Of a stretch of 30,471 nt of DNA, positions 8,224 through 18,043 are shown piece after piece. Position 1 is the first letter of the stretch. Every line of letters begins with the position of its first letter. The stretch is taken from assembly GCA_047611865.1 (NCBI GenBank), contig JBLFWS010000023.1, positions 1 through 30,471 on the forward strand. Direction: 5' to 3'. The position numbers and the translations under genes were made by a program. Under the pieces are notes generated by a model. The model was not told the origin of the DNA and searched no databases. It was given only the letters and a program-made list of their open reading frames with translations. This stretch comes from Chlamydiales bacterium. Its GTDB lineage: Bacteria > Chlamydiota > Chlamydiia > Chlamydiales > JBDQID01.

Positions 8224-9477
8224 TTAAATTATTTCCGAAAGCCTTTCCCCTTGAGAGTGGGCTTTGCTTAAGGCGTAATAATATAACGTATGCTCTTGGC
8301 GGGAGGTTTGTACGTAGTCGCGGCTTCTCTGCATTCTTCCATTAAGTATTAGAGAACTCACCTTTGGAGTGATCTTGCTAGCAATACTTTGCTTGGGGAG
8401 AAGACCGTCAACTAATGAATGTATAGCTTCTGCTGAAATGAGGCTACCCGTTCTACCCACTCCGCCCATGGAATGTACAAGTATTGGAGACACATTGGGT
8501 GCAGAGGCGTCCGGTAAGAGAAGGCGCATAACTTGCATTGCCTGAACCAGTACGTCGAGTTTTTCTGGAGAAATCGTAGTACCCTCTGGCCAATCACTTA
8601 CATGAATACGGTATGATAACTCGTCTGTCTGCTTTTTAACGTCGTAAATTTTGTAGGCTGAGAAGGTGAAGTGAGGCAACTGAGTTTTCCTTACACAGGT
8701 GACAGTGATATTTTCATAGCATTCCTGATCATTGACATTTTGAGGGTAATAAAACCCTGAAAAATCCTTTCTGAGGAGATCTCCTTTCAGATCAGTCAAG
8801 TCAAAGATTGCGCCTATACTGGAATTGTTTATCTCTTCCCAAAAGCTTTCTGGGTCTTCAGGGTATCCAGTAGCCAGGCAATGATGGTTGGGGTGAATAT
8901 TTATTGGGCTCCAACAATTGCCAGCTATAAGCCTGCCATCACTCCACTCGGGGATTTGATCAGGAGTGGATCTTTGCTTTAGTTTTTCCATTTCCAGAGC
9001 GATCATTTTACTTAGATCAAAGACTTTTTTAGGGCTTAGCAACAGCTCTTCCAAATTGTTACTTAAGCTACCGAGACAAAGCTCAAAGAAGCGGAGATCT
9101 TGACTAAGTGTATTTTCCCTAATAGGAGAAAGTGTTTGACATTGTCTTGAAAAAAGAGTGCTAGATTTCTTTGTTGCGGAATTAGAAGTAGGCGTAGCCA
9201 AAGTAATATTTAGAGGTGTCCCTGCCTGGGTAGGGGGCGAGCTATTTGAGTGGTCGGCTTCTTTACTCGAAGGGTCAATATCTTTAAAAATGCGATTACT
9301 ACTGCTGATAGCCGATTCGAAAGAGCTCCCGACGCAATCATTGCCGCTGTGAGTTGAAAAGCTTCGACCTGAGTAAGTTGAAGCTTGTGATATAAAAGAT
9401 GGTATACCGCTAATAACTTTTTTTAGTTCGATTTCTGAACTGATAAGGGGTGAACTTATTGGCACTAGTACTGTCAT
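8224..9477 (-). CDS. Protein tyrosine phosphatase-fold protein with Cys-to-Ser P-loop; putative secreted effector
   Basis: P-loop ILVHSMGGVGRTG (canonical HCSAGxGRTG), WPE in place of the WPD loop, Q-loop-like QRSRDYVQT, and an ESFWE motif. The N-terminal ~120 aa are Ser/Thr-rich low complexity. Confidence 0.85.
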   Translation of the reverse strand: MTVLVPISSPLISSEIELKKVISGIPSFISQASTYSGRSFSTHSGNDCVGSSFESAISSSNRIFKDIDPSSKEADHSNSSPPTQAGTPLNITLATPTSNSATKKSSTLFSRQCQTLSPIRENTLSQDLRFFELCLGSLSNNLEELLLSPKKVFDLSKMIALEMEKLKQRSTPDQIPEWSDGRLIAGNCWSPINIHPNHHCLATGYPEDPESFWEEINNSSIGAIFDLTDLKGDLLRKDFSGFYYPQNVNDQECYENITVTCVRKTQLPHFTFSAYKIYDVKKQTDELSYRIHVSDWPEGTTISPEKLDVLVQAMQVMRLLLPDASAPNVSPILVHSMGGVGRTGSLISAEAIHSLVDGLLPKQSIASKITPKVSSLILNGRMQRSRDYVQTSRQEHTLYYYALSKAHSQGERLSEII

Positions 9478-9776
9478 GGTATTTTTTTATCCTTGATATA
9501 ACAAACTATTGTTTTTGATTAGGCGAGAGTTTAATTTAAAGAGAAATATAAATCTACTATATCAGCACAAGATGAGTATAATCATTTTTACTAAATTTTC
9601 CGATTGAAAATATCAATTTAAACATTTTCTACTAAATCGTCTTAAAAGCCCGTAGAATATATTGAATAATGAAGTTAAAGGAAAGTTATTTGCAGGAATT
9701 AACGAAGCTTTAGCGTAAGAATCCCCCCCGCCAGTATTCCAATAATAAGCTGAAGAACTCGAACTACACAAGGGAC

Positions 9777-9822
9777 GCAAGGAGCTTGCACCCCTTGCTG
9801 GCGGAAGTGGGACAAAGCCCCA
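9777..9822. repeat. Twin GC-rich hairpin element downstream of eno
   Basis: GCAAGG...CCTTGC stem (9777-9798) and TGGG-ACAAAGC-CCCA stem (9808-9822) within an AT-rich intergenic region. Confidence 0.35.
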
Positions 9823-9842
9823 TTCCTTTCCCATTTACGTCT

Positions 9843-11210
<1,368 letters not shown>

Positions 11211-11277
11211 TCATTTTCGATTGGTTTTAGTCAACAAGTAGTATATATATAAAAATCAATTGAAAGGAGAATAACTT

Positions 11278-11577
11278 ATGGATCTAGCTGCTGGAGACTG
11301 GCATAAAGGCCCTTTAACAATTACATATGCCGTTCACCCTGATGGCATTAGGATCGATAGTTTTCTCTACCAAGTCAAGATCGGCTATGCCAATCTAAAC
11401 CCCTCCCAAACCTGTGTGAGAAAAACCGCAAAAGCAGAATTAGCCCATGTAGACATGAGCCTGAGAGCTGAATTTGTAGAGAAATATCTGACCTGTAAGG
11501 GAAAAGTCACAACCTACTGCATCGAAAAACACGAGTGGAAAGACGAAGAATTCGATGAAAAGATCGCCAAATGGTAA
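11278..11577 (+). CDS. Hypothetical protein, 99 aa
   Basis: Strong AAGGAG RBS before the ATG. Fills the gap between eno and rsgA, and its stop abuts the rsgA stop. Confidence 0.75.
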   Translation: MDLAAGDWHKGPLTITYAVHPDGIRIDSFLYQVKIGYANLNPSQTCVRKTAKAELAHVDMSLRAEFVEKYLTCKGKVTTYCIEKHEWKDEEFDEKIAKW

Positions 11578-12708
11578 CTATCTTGGGCGATGCTCTTCAC
11601 CTATGCTTTTAATAAGTGCGTGATAGGAATCAAATCTTAAAGAAGAAATTTCTTCTTTTTCCACCGCCTCAATAACTGCGCATCCAGGCTCATGCCGGTG
11701 AGAGCAGTTAGCAAATTTACAATCTTGCCCACAGTCGTGAATTTCTTGAAAATATCCTTCCACATCTTCTTGCTTCAGATCCCAAACCCCAAAGCTACCT
11801 ATTCCCGGAGTATCGACACACCATCCTCCAAAAGCCAGTGGAAGCAAGCGGGCTGTAGTCGTTGTATGTGAGCCCTTACGGGTTTTGGCTACAACCTCAT
11901 TAGTCCTGTAATCTGACCCTGTAATCAAGTTAATCAAAGAAGTTTTCCCTACTCCTGATTGCCCAGAAAAGACTGACGCCTTATCTTTCATGATTTCTAT
12001 TAAATCATCCATCCCCTCACCAGTCTCTATGCTCATACGTATAATTGGGATATCAATAGCTTTATAGGCTTCCTCTGCCTCATCGCACATAATGCGATCT
12101 GTTTCACGCAAAATCTCTTCTATCTCTTCATCTTCTAGAAGGTCCATTTTATTCAAAATGATTACAGGCTTCATCCCCCCTTGGAGAGTAGCAATAATAT
12201 AGCGATCTATTAAAAATGGCTTAAGAGGAGGTTCCACGACAGAAACCGTTATGAGTACCTGTTCAATATTTGCAGCCAGGATCTGCTTTTTTCTTCTTGA
12301 TATGTTATCTGCACGGGAAAGAATAGTCTTCCTTTCCTCAATATGACCAATCACTCCCTCTCCGGCAGAAGTCTCTGAAAACAAAACGAAATCACCTACA
12401 GCTACGAGATTCTTCATCCGGGTACGATCTTTTTTAAAGCGACCTCGCAACACACACTGGTACTTTTCTCCATCACAATCTACCAGCATCTCTAGACCCG
12501 TGATCGAAAGAATCCTGCCTCGTTTCAGATCTTTTCCTGCAATCTCTGTAGGGACTATTGACTCTTCTTGCTTGCGCAGCTGGTCACGATCTGTTTTTTT
12601 GTATTTTGACCGATCTGTCCTGGAAGCAATTTTCCTGTCCAATTTACCCTGTTTTCGTGTTTCTGGGAAAAGCTCCTCTTCAGAATACCCTTCAAAACTA
12701 GAATCCAT
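11578..12708 (-). CDS. rsgA: Ribosome small subunit-dependent GTPase A
   Basis: Circularly permuted G motifs NKMD, GQSGVGKTS, DTPG, and the Zn site CKFANCSHRHEPGC. ATG 12708 overlaps the upstream TAA (TAATG). Confidence 0.97.
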   Translation of the reverse strand: MDSSFEGYSEEELFPETRKQGKLDRKIASRTDRSKYKKTDRDQLRKQEESIVPTEIAGKDLKRGRILSITGLEMLVDCDGEKYQCVLRGRFKKDRTRMKNLVAVGDFVLFSETSAGEGVIGHIEERKTILSRADNISRRKKQILAANIEQVLITVSVVEPPLKPFLIDRYIIATLQGGMKPVIILNKMDLLEDEEIEEILRETDRIMCDEAEEAYKAIDIPIIRMSIETGEGMDDLIEIMKDKASVFSGQSGVGKTSLINLITGSDYRTNEVVAKTRKGSHTTTTARLLPLAFGGWCVDTPGIGSFGVWDLKQEDVEGYFQEIHDCGQDCKFANCSHRHEPGCAVIEAVEKEEISSLRFDSYHALIKSIGEEHRPR

Positions 12709-13466
12709 TATCGTAACCCACAAGCCTCTTTTTTCAATAAATACATTAAAATCCCCCCCGCAACAGCCACATTCAAAGACTCCATCTCCCCATCCATTGG
12801 TATCGTCACCGATTCGCAAAGTTCTTTAATAGCAGAAGAAGGACCAGATGCCTCGTTACCCAAAACCAGAGCGACCCCTTTACGCAAAGAAACTTCTCCA
12901 GGTTCTTTTCCCTGGATATCTCCCACGAGAGGCTGTAATTGATTTTCTTCAACAAGACGGGAAAAATCTTCGAAATTACCCACACAGTAAGGTAAGCGGA
13001 AGGTCGCCCCTTTGGCTGACCTCAGAGTCTTATCATTATAAGGATCGACGCAATTGTCAAGGATAAAGGCCCCGTCCCACCCCAAAGCCAGGGCAGTACG
13101 CCAAAGAGTCCCCATGTTCCCTGGATCGGAAACACCATCAAAAACAAGAATACGACATTTGTCTTTCAAAGATTTCTGTGAAGGGATGTTAACTTCTGCG
13201 AGAACGCTTTCAGGAGTCTCCAGGCCAGATACTTTCTTCATTACCTCATTGCTTACGATATACAAGTCTTTTACAAGAACGTTCTCAGGAACGCTTGCCC
13301 CTTCTTCCACAAAGAGTGTTATGGCAACAGATGTCGCGCAAATCTCTCCCACGAGCTTCTTACCCGCCAGAACAACACTACCCTGTTCAGAACGGTAACT
13401 CCGGCTTTTCCTCAACTTAACCAAGTGCTTCACTAGACTGTTTTGTAAACTTTTTATTTCTTTCAT
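12708..13466 (-). CDS. TrmH/SpoU family RNA 2'-O-methyltransferase
   Basis: SPOUT motifs DPGNMGTLWRTA, LVLGNEASG and IPMDGEMESLNVAVA. Confidence 0.95.
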   Translation of the reverse strand: MKEIKSLQNSLVKHLVKLRKSRSYRSEQGSVVLAGKKLVGEICATSVAITLFVEEGASVPENVLVKDLYIVSNEVMKKVSGLETPESVLAEVNIPSQKSLKDKCRILVFDGVSDPGNMGTLWRTALALGWDGAFILDNCVDPYNDKTLRSAKGATFRLPYCVGNFEDFSRLVEENQLQPLVGDIQGKEPGEVSLRKGVALVLGNEASGPSSAIKELCESVTIPMDGEMESLNVAVAGGILMYLLKKEACGLR

Positions 13467-14698
13467 TAAAAAACAGGCCAGTGTGAAGATTGCTTGAGAA
13501 GGGTTAAGACCTCCTCTCTGGAATCCATATCATTTATAATAGCAATACTTTCAGCCTCTTTCAAAAGAGCTCCCATTTCCTTTCCGGATGGGATACCTTC
13601 TTCTCGCAAATAAAATGAAGACACTAGAGGATTTTTCTGCTGTATCCTTTCAATGTGCGCTCCCAGTTTCCATCGTTGGCCTTGATGCTGTAAGAAAAAA
13701 GCCTTCCGTTCTTCTGATGATAATCTGGCCGCATACGTTTCGAGACAAACCTGTGAATCGGGGTTCGCATAGGCATGAACTTCATTTACAGGATCATCAC
13801 CCACAGATTTCTGAATCAGCTCTCGGAACTGAGAAGAAAACTCTACAATTTTACAATCTTTATTTGTCACCTTAAGAAACCGGCTAATTCCAATCTTTTC
13901 TTTGATATCCAAATGGGGAAAGAGTTCCATGAGAAACAATATTGGAGGACAATCCTCAGGAAAATCTGCCACCACAGAAACCCTTTTCTCTATGTCTTCC
14001 AAAGCAGTTCCACGAAGAACCGGAAAAATTACAGACAAAAGACCCAGTTCAGCCATGATTGGAACAGCTTGAGCAAAAGTTCTATCCTGGATCATCCTGC
14101 AAAATTCCTGCCAGATGCGCTCTACAGAGACTGCAGGAAGTAAAGTTTCGGCGTGCGCCTTTATAGCCTCCACTGTCTCTTCCTCAATAGGAAAGCCAAA
14201 TCGAACAGAAAAGCGAACAGCCCTGATCATACGAAGGCGATCTTCTTCAAATCTTTCATAAGGGTTTCCGATAGCTCGGATGACCTCTTTTTTGAGATCT
14301 TCGCGTCCACCTACAAAATCGTATATAGTTTCAGTTAGGGGATCGTAAAACATGCCGTTGATCGTGAAATCTCGCCGAAGAGCATCTTCTTTTGGGTCGG
14401 TGAAAGTAACACTTTCTGGCTTTCTCCCACCTACATAGCAGTCATCCCGCCGAAATGTCGCTACTTCAAACTGATGATCGTCTACTAAAACGACTACCAC
14501 GCCAAAAGCGGCTCCCACTGCGTAGGTATGAGGAAAAAGAGCCATTACCTCTTCAGGATGTGCGCTTGTAGCGATATCTACATCGTCAGAAGGATGCGAC
14601 AAAACGAAGTCTCGTACCCAACCGCCAGCATAGTAGGCAACGTACCCAGCCTTTACCAGTGTCTCTACAATCATTTTTGCTGAAGAATTGGCATCCAT
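13466..14698 (-). CDS. cca: CCA tRNA nucleotidyltransferase (class II nucleotidyltransferase family)
   Basis: GGWVRD, DVDIAT, EVATFR, EDALRRDFTING, FEEDRLRMIRAVRF and SVERI motifs. Confidence 0.85.
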   Translation of the reverse strand: MDANSSAKMIVETLVKAGYVAYYAGGWVRDFVLSHPSDDVDIATSAHPEEVMALFPHTYAVGAAFGVVVVLVDDHQFEVATFRRDDCYVGGRKPESVTFTDPKEDALRRDFTINGMFYDPLTETIYDFVGGREDLKKEVIRAIGNPYERFEEDRLRMIRAVRFSVRFGFPIEEETVEAIKAHAETLLPAVSVERIWQEFCRMIQDRTFAQAVPIMAELGLLSVIFPVLRGTALEDIEKRVSVVADFPEDCPPILFLMELFPHLDIKEKIGISRFLKVTNKDCKIVEFSSQFRELIQKSVGDDPVNEVHAYANPDSQVCLETYAARLSSEERKAFFLQHQGQRWKLGAHIERIQQKNPLVSSFYLREEGIPSGKEMGALLKEAESIAIINDMDSREEVLTLLKQSSHWPVF

Positions 14699-14826
14699 TA
14701 CAAGCCTTTCATATTCCTTATTAAGAACAAGTATTATACAGTTTGTGTCTTAATTATAAAAGGGCCTAGAAGAAAAAAAACAGAATACATATAGTTCTCT
14801 ACCCTTACTATAAGAGGCTGAAGTCC

Positions 14827-16725
14827 ATGACATCGAAAATAAAAGTTCTTGACGATCACACTATCAATCAAATAGCAGCAGGGGAAGTCATTGAAAACCC
14901 CTCATCCGTTATCAAAGAACTAATTGAAAACTCCCTCGATGCTGGTGCCACAGAAATTACCGTAGAAATAAAAGCCGGAGGGCGCCAGCTCATCCGAGTG
15001 AGTGACAATGGCTACGGAATGAACCCCGAGGACGCTCTTTTATGCTTAGAGCGACATGCCACCTCCAAAATCCGCGAAGTAGACGACCTTCAAACAATTT
15101 CTTCCATGGGATTCCGGGGGGAAGCCATCCCTTCTATCGCCTCTGTTTCCAAATTTACTTTATTGACATGCCCCCGGGAAGAGGAATCTAATGGAACAAT
15201 GATACAAGTTGAGGGAGGCAAAATCATCAAATGCTCTCCTGCAGCTCGCTCACCCGGAACTACCATTGAAGTAAACTCTTTGTTTTTCAACATCCCGGTC
15301 CGCAAAAAATTTCTTAAGTCCATTGCCGCCGACAGCGCTGAAATCAATAAACTTTTGGGAATTTTAGCTTTAGGCAATCCTCAAGTGAAGTTTGAGCTTA
15401 TTAACCAAGAAAAATCCATCTTATCCGTTACACCATGGCCCAATGACTCCGTCTTGGACGGGCTAGGATCTCGAATAGAAAGCATCCTGGGTAGAGGTTT
15501 TTACTCAGCCCTATACCCTATCCACTTCGAAGAAGATGGCAAAGTCATCACTGGATACTTTGGAGATCCCTGCTACACCCGACACAATCGAACTGGACAA
15601 TACCTCTTTATCAATAGCCGTCCGGTCTTTGCTCCCTATATTTCAGCATCAATCATAGAGGGTTATGGCACCCGCTTAGCCACACAGCGCTTTCCCGTCT
15701 TTGTCCTAAATCTCTCTATGCCAGGAGAACTTGTCGACGTAAACGTCCATCCCCAAAAACGGGAAGTGAGAATCCAACAACAATACGCCCTAAAAGATTT
15801 TTTCATCTCGGCTGTGCAAAAGGCCTTTCACGGAAAGTCGCAAAAAGCTACAGAAGAAACTGAGATGGATAAAGATAGTTTTCCTTGGGAAAAGGACCAG
15901 CCTATGGTCATCCCTGTTTTTGCAAAATCGGGCCCCACAGAAATCCCCCCTCCTCCTCAACCTATCTCCAACCTCCCATGGGAAAAAGAAATTGTCACCC
16001 CTTTCTTTTCCAAAGCCTCGTCATCTCTGCCCTGGGAAATTGTAACTCCTCCCAAACCTGTAAGTGAGCCCCTCTTTGAAGACCTGGATCAATCTCTGCT
16101 ATCTCCCCCTGAAGCTGAGGAAGAAGCCCTGCCTTTTTTCTCTGAGCCTCTACAAGATAAGTACCGCGTCTTAAGCACAACAAATGACTACATATTGCTC
16201 TCAAAATATTCTGACGAAAACACCTTCACATTTCTAGATCAGCGTGCTGCACACTCAAGGGTCATCTTTGAAGAACTCTTGAAACAAAAAACATGCAAGG
16301 AAAGCCAATCCCTGATTGTTCCCCTATCCCTTGAATTCTCTCCGCTAGAATCTTCTATTCTCGAAGAAAACCTCGAGACACTGGAAAATTTAGGTTTTGG
16401 CATACAGTCTTTTGGAAAAAACTCCTTTATGATTGATGCTCTTCCCAAGATCATCGAAGAAAAAGATCTGCAAAGCTTTCTTACGAATTTAATTGGATTT
16501 TTCCGAGAACTAGAAACCCATAGCGCATTTAAGAAAGAAAATGACAAAAAAATGGCCCTTGCAGCCTCACGCTCAGCTATACAAAAGAATCGCTGCCTTA
16601 GCCTGAAAGAGGCTGAAGTCTTAGTAGAGCGATTGATGGGTTGTGACGTTCCCGATCAGTGTCCTCAAGGAAAAGCTACGATGGTCAGAATAGATAAAAA
16701 AGAAATAGCCCGCAAATTCCGCTAA
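14827..16725 (+). CDS. mutL: DNA mismatch repair protein MutL
   Basis: NQIAAGEVIE, KELIENSLDAGA, HATSKI, GFRGEA and VDVNVHPQK motifs. C-terminal dimerisation domain present. Confidence 0.98.
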   Translation: MTSKIKVLDDHTINQIAAGEVIENPSSVIKELIENSLDAGATEITVEIKAGGRQLIRVSDNGYGMNPEDALLCLERHATSKIREVDDLQTISSMGFRGEAIPSIASVSKFTLLTCPREEESNGTMIQVEGGKIIKCSPAARSPGTTIEVNSLFFNIPVRKKFLKSIAADSAEINKLLGILALGNPQVKFELINQEKSILSVTPWPNDSVLDGLGSRIESILGRGFYSALYPIHFEEDGKVITGYFGDPCYTRHNRTGQYLFINSRPVFAPYISASIIEGYGTRLATQRFPVFVLNLSMPGELVDVNVHPQKREVRIQQQYALKDFFISAVQKAFHGKSQKATEETEMDKDSFPWEKDQPMVIPVFAKSGPTEIPPPPQPISNLPWEKEIVTPFFSKASSSLPWEIVTPPKPVSEPLFEDLDQSLLSPPEAEEEALPFFSEPLQDKYRVLSTTNDYILLSKYSDENTFTFLDQRAAHSRVIFEELLKQKTCKESQSLIVPLSLEFSPLESSILEENLETLENLGFGIQSFGKNSFMIDALPKIIEEKDLQSFLTNLIGFFRELETHSAFKKENDKKMALAASRSAIQKNRCLSLKEAEVLVERLMGCDVPDQCPQGKATMVRIDKKEIARKFR

Positions 16726-16738
16726 ATAGGAACTACTT

Positions 16739-17830
16739 ATGGATTATTCACAACGAATCACCCTACTTCAGGATTATCTCAAAAAGCAGAATTTAGACAA
16801 CCTACTCATCGATGACCCGATAGACTTGTTTTATCTTACAGGAGTTTCCCTCTCTCTCGGCAGAATCGTTATTACCCAAAATACAGCACGACTCTTTGTA
16901 GATGGGCGCTACTTCGAAAGCTGCCAAAAGTCCAGCCCTGTTCCAACAAAGCTTTCAGACAAAAATGCCTTTCTAAAATTCCTGTCTTCTTCACAGAAAG
17001 GCCCTATGACTCTAGGCTTCGACAGCAAGTATACAAGCTTCAGTGCATTTCAAGCCCTCTCAGAGCTTCTATCAAAAAACTCTCAAACTGATATAAGCTT
17101 AGTCCCTGTGGAATCACCACTTAGAGATATTCGCTGCATCAAAGAAAGCGAAGAAATTCTATCTCTCAAGAAAGCGGCAAAATTAGGATCTCGAGGATTT
17201 GATTACGCATGTACTCTTTTAAAAGAAAACATTAGTGAAAAAGAAATCGCCACAGAACTCGAAATTTTCTGGAAACGCGAAGGCAGTGATAAAATAGCCT
17301 TCGACATCAACGTTTCCTTCGGGGCTAATAGCTCCATGCCTCATCATCGAGCTGGCTCCTCAATGCTTAGGGAGGGAGACACCGTACTGATGGACATAGG
17401 AGTCACCCTAAACAATTATAATTCTGATATGACACGCGTAGTCTTTTTTGGCAGAGCCGACCCCGAGATTCTCAAAATTTACAATATCGTCCAGAAAGCC
17501 CAAGAAACAGCCCTTGAGCTTTGCCGCCCCGGTATGCCCATTGGAGAACTGGATAAAATCTCAAGAAAAGTAATTGAAGACGCCGGATACGGAAAATATT
17601 ACACACACAGCCTAGGCCATGGTATCGGTTTGGAAGTCCATGAATTTCCCATAATCAAAAGTTCTGCCCCCTACAGCGAGAGCACTCTAGCTGCAGGGAT
17701 GGCTATTACCATTGAACCAGGCATATATCTACCCAAAAGAGGAGGGGTTCGTATCGAAGACACCGTTGTCATCACGGAAGATTCCTACGAAAATTTGACT
17801 CTAAGACCTAAGGATCCAGTAGTTTTATAG
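16739..17830 (+). CDS. pepP: Xaa-Pro aminopeptidase (M24B family)
   Basis: DIGV..YNSDMTR, HSLGHGIGLEVHE, TIEPGIY and GGVRIED metal-binding motifs. Confidence 0.93.
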   Translation: MDYSQRITLLQDYLKKQNLDNLLIDDPIDLFYLTGVSLSLGRIVITQNTARLFVDGRYFESCQKSSPVPTKLSDKNAFLKFLSSSQKGPMTLGFDSKYTSFSAFQALSELLSKNSQTDISLVPVESPLRDIRCIKESEEILSLKKAAKLGSRGFDYACTLLKENISEKEIATELEIFWKREGSDKIAFDINVSFGANSSMPHHRAGSSMLREGDTVLMDIGVTLNNYNSDMTRVVFFGRADPEILKIYNIVQKAQETALELCRPGMPIGELDKISRKVIEDAGYGKYYTHSLGHGIGLEVHEFPIIKSSAPYSESTLAAGMAITIEPGIYLPKRGGVRIEDTVVITEDSYENLTLRPKDPVVL

Positions 17831-17866
17831 GTTTTGATCTTTCCCCCAAATACGAGAGGTATAAAC

Positions 17867-17917
17867 TTATACCGGACTCAAGCACAAACTTTGAATTTAC
17901 AGCTGAGTCCGGTATAA
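17867..17917. repeat. 14-bp perfect inverted repeat with 23-nt spacer (terminator or collapsed mobile-element remnant)
   Basis: TTATACCGGACTCA (17867-17880) and TGAGTCCGGTATAA (17904-17917). Confidence 0.7.
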
Positions 17918-17985
17918 TTAAGCATAATTACACCTCTGCATCATCGAATTTACTCCAAAGATTTCACTCCACAGAGATACTTGAT

Positions 17986-18014
17986 TTGTGCAATTTTATT
18001 TTATTTTGTATAGT
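17986..18014 (+). promoter_or_regulatory. Candidate sigma70/sigma66-type promoter for the 18044 gene cluster
   Basis: TTGTGC-N17-TATAGT ending 30 nt before the ATG. The AT-rich context makes a chance match possible. Confidence 0.3.
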
Positions 18015-18043
18015 CTTGTTATACCTAAGTATAGGACTTAAAA

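Noticed and set aside
9613..9834. 73-aa minus-strand ORF between eno and the phosphatase-like gene
   Set aside because: It runs through the hairpin element, has no clear RBS and shows no recognisable motif.
12709..12819. N-terminal extension of rsgA in the ORF track
   Set aside because: It overlaps the methyltransferase gene by over 100 nt. The coupled ATG at 12708 is more plausible.
13466..14698. Poly(A) polymerase I (pcnB) identity for the nucleotidyltransferase
   Set aside because: The PAP I signature (hydrophobic-GR/KRF) is absent; the equivalent region reads AVGAAFGV.
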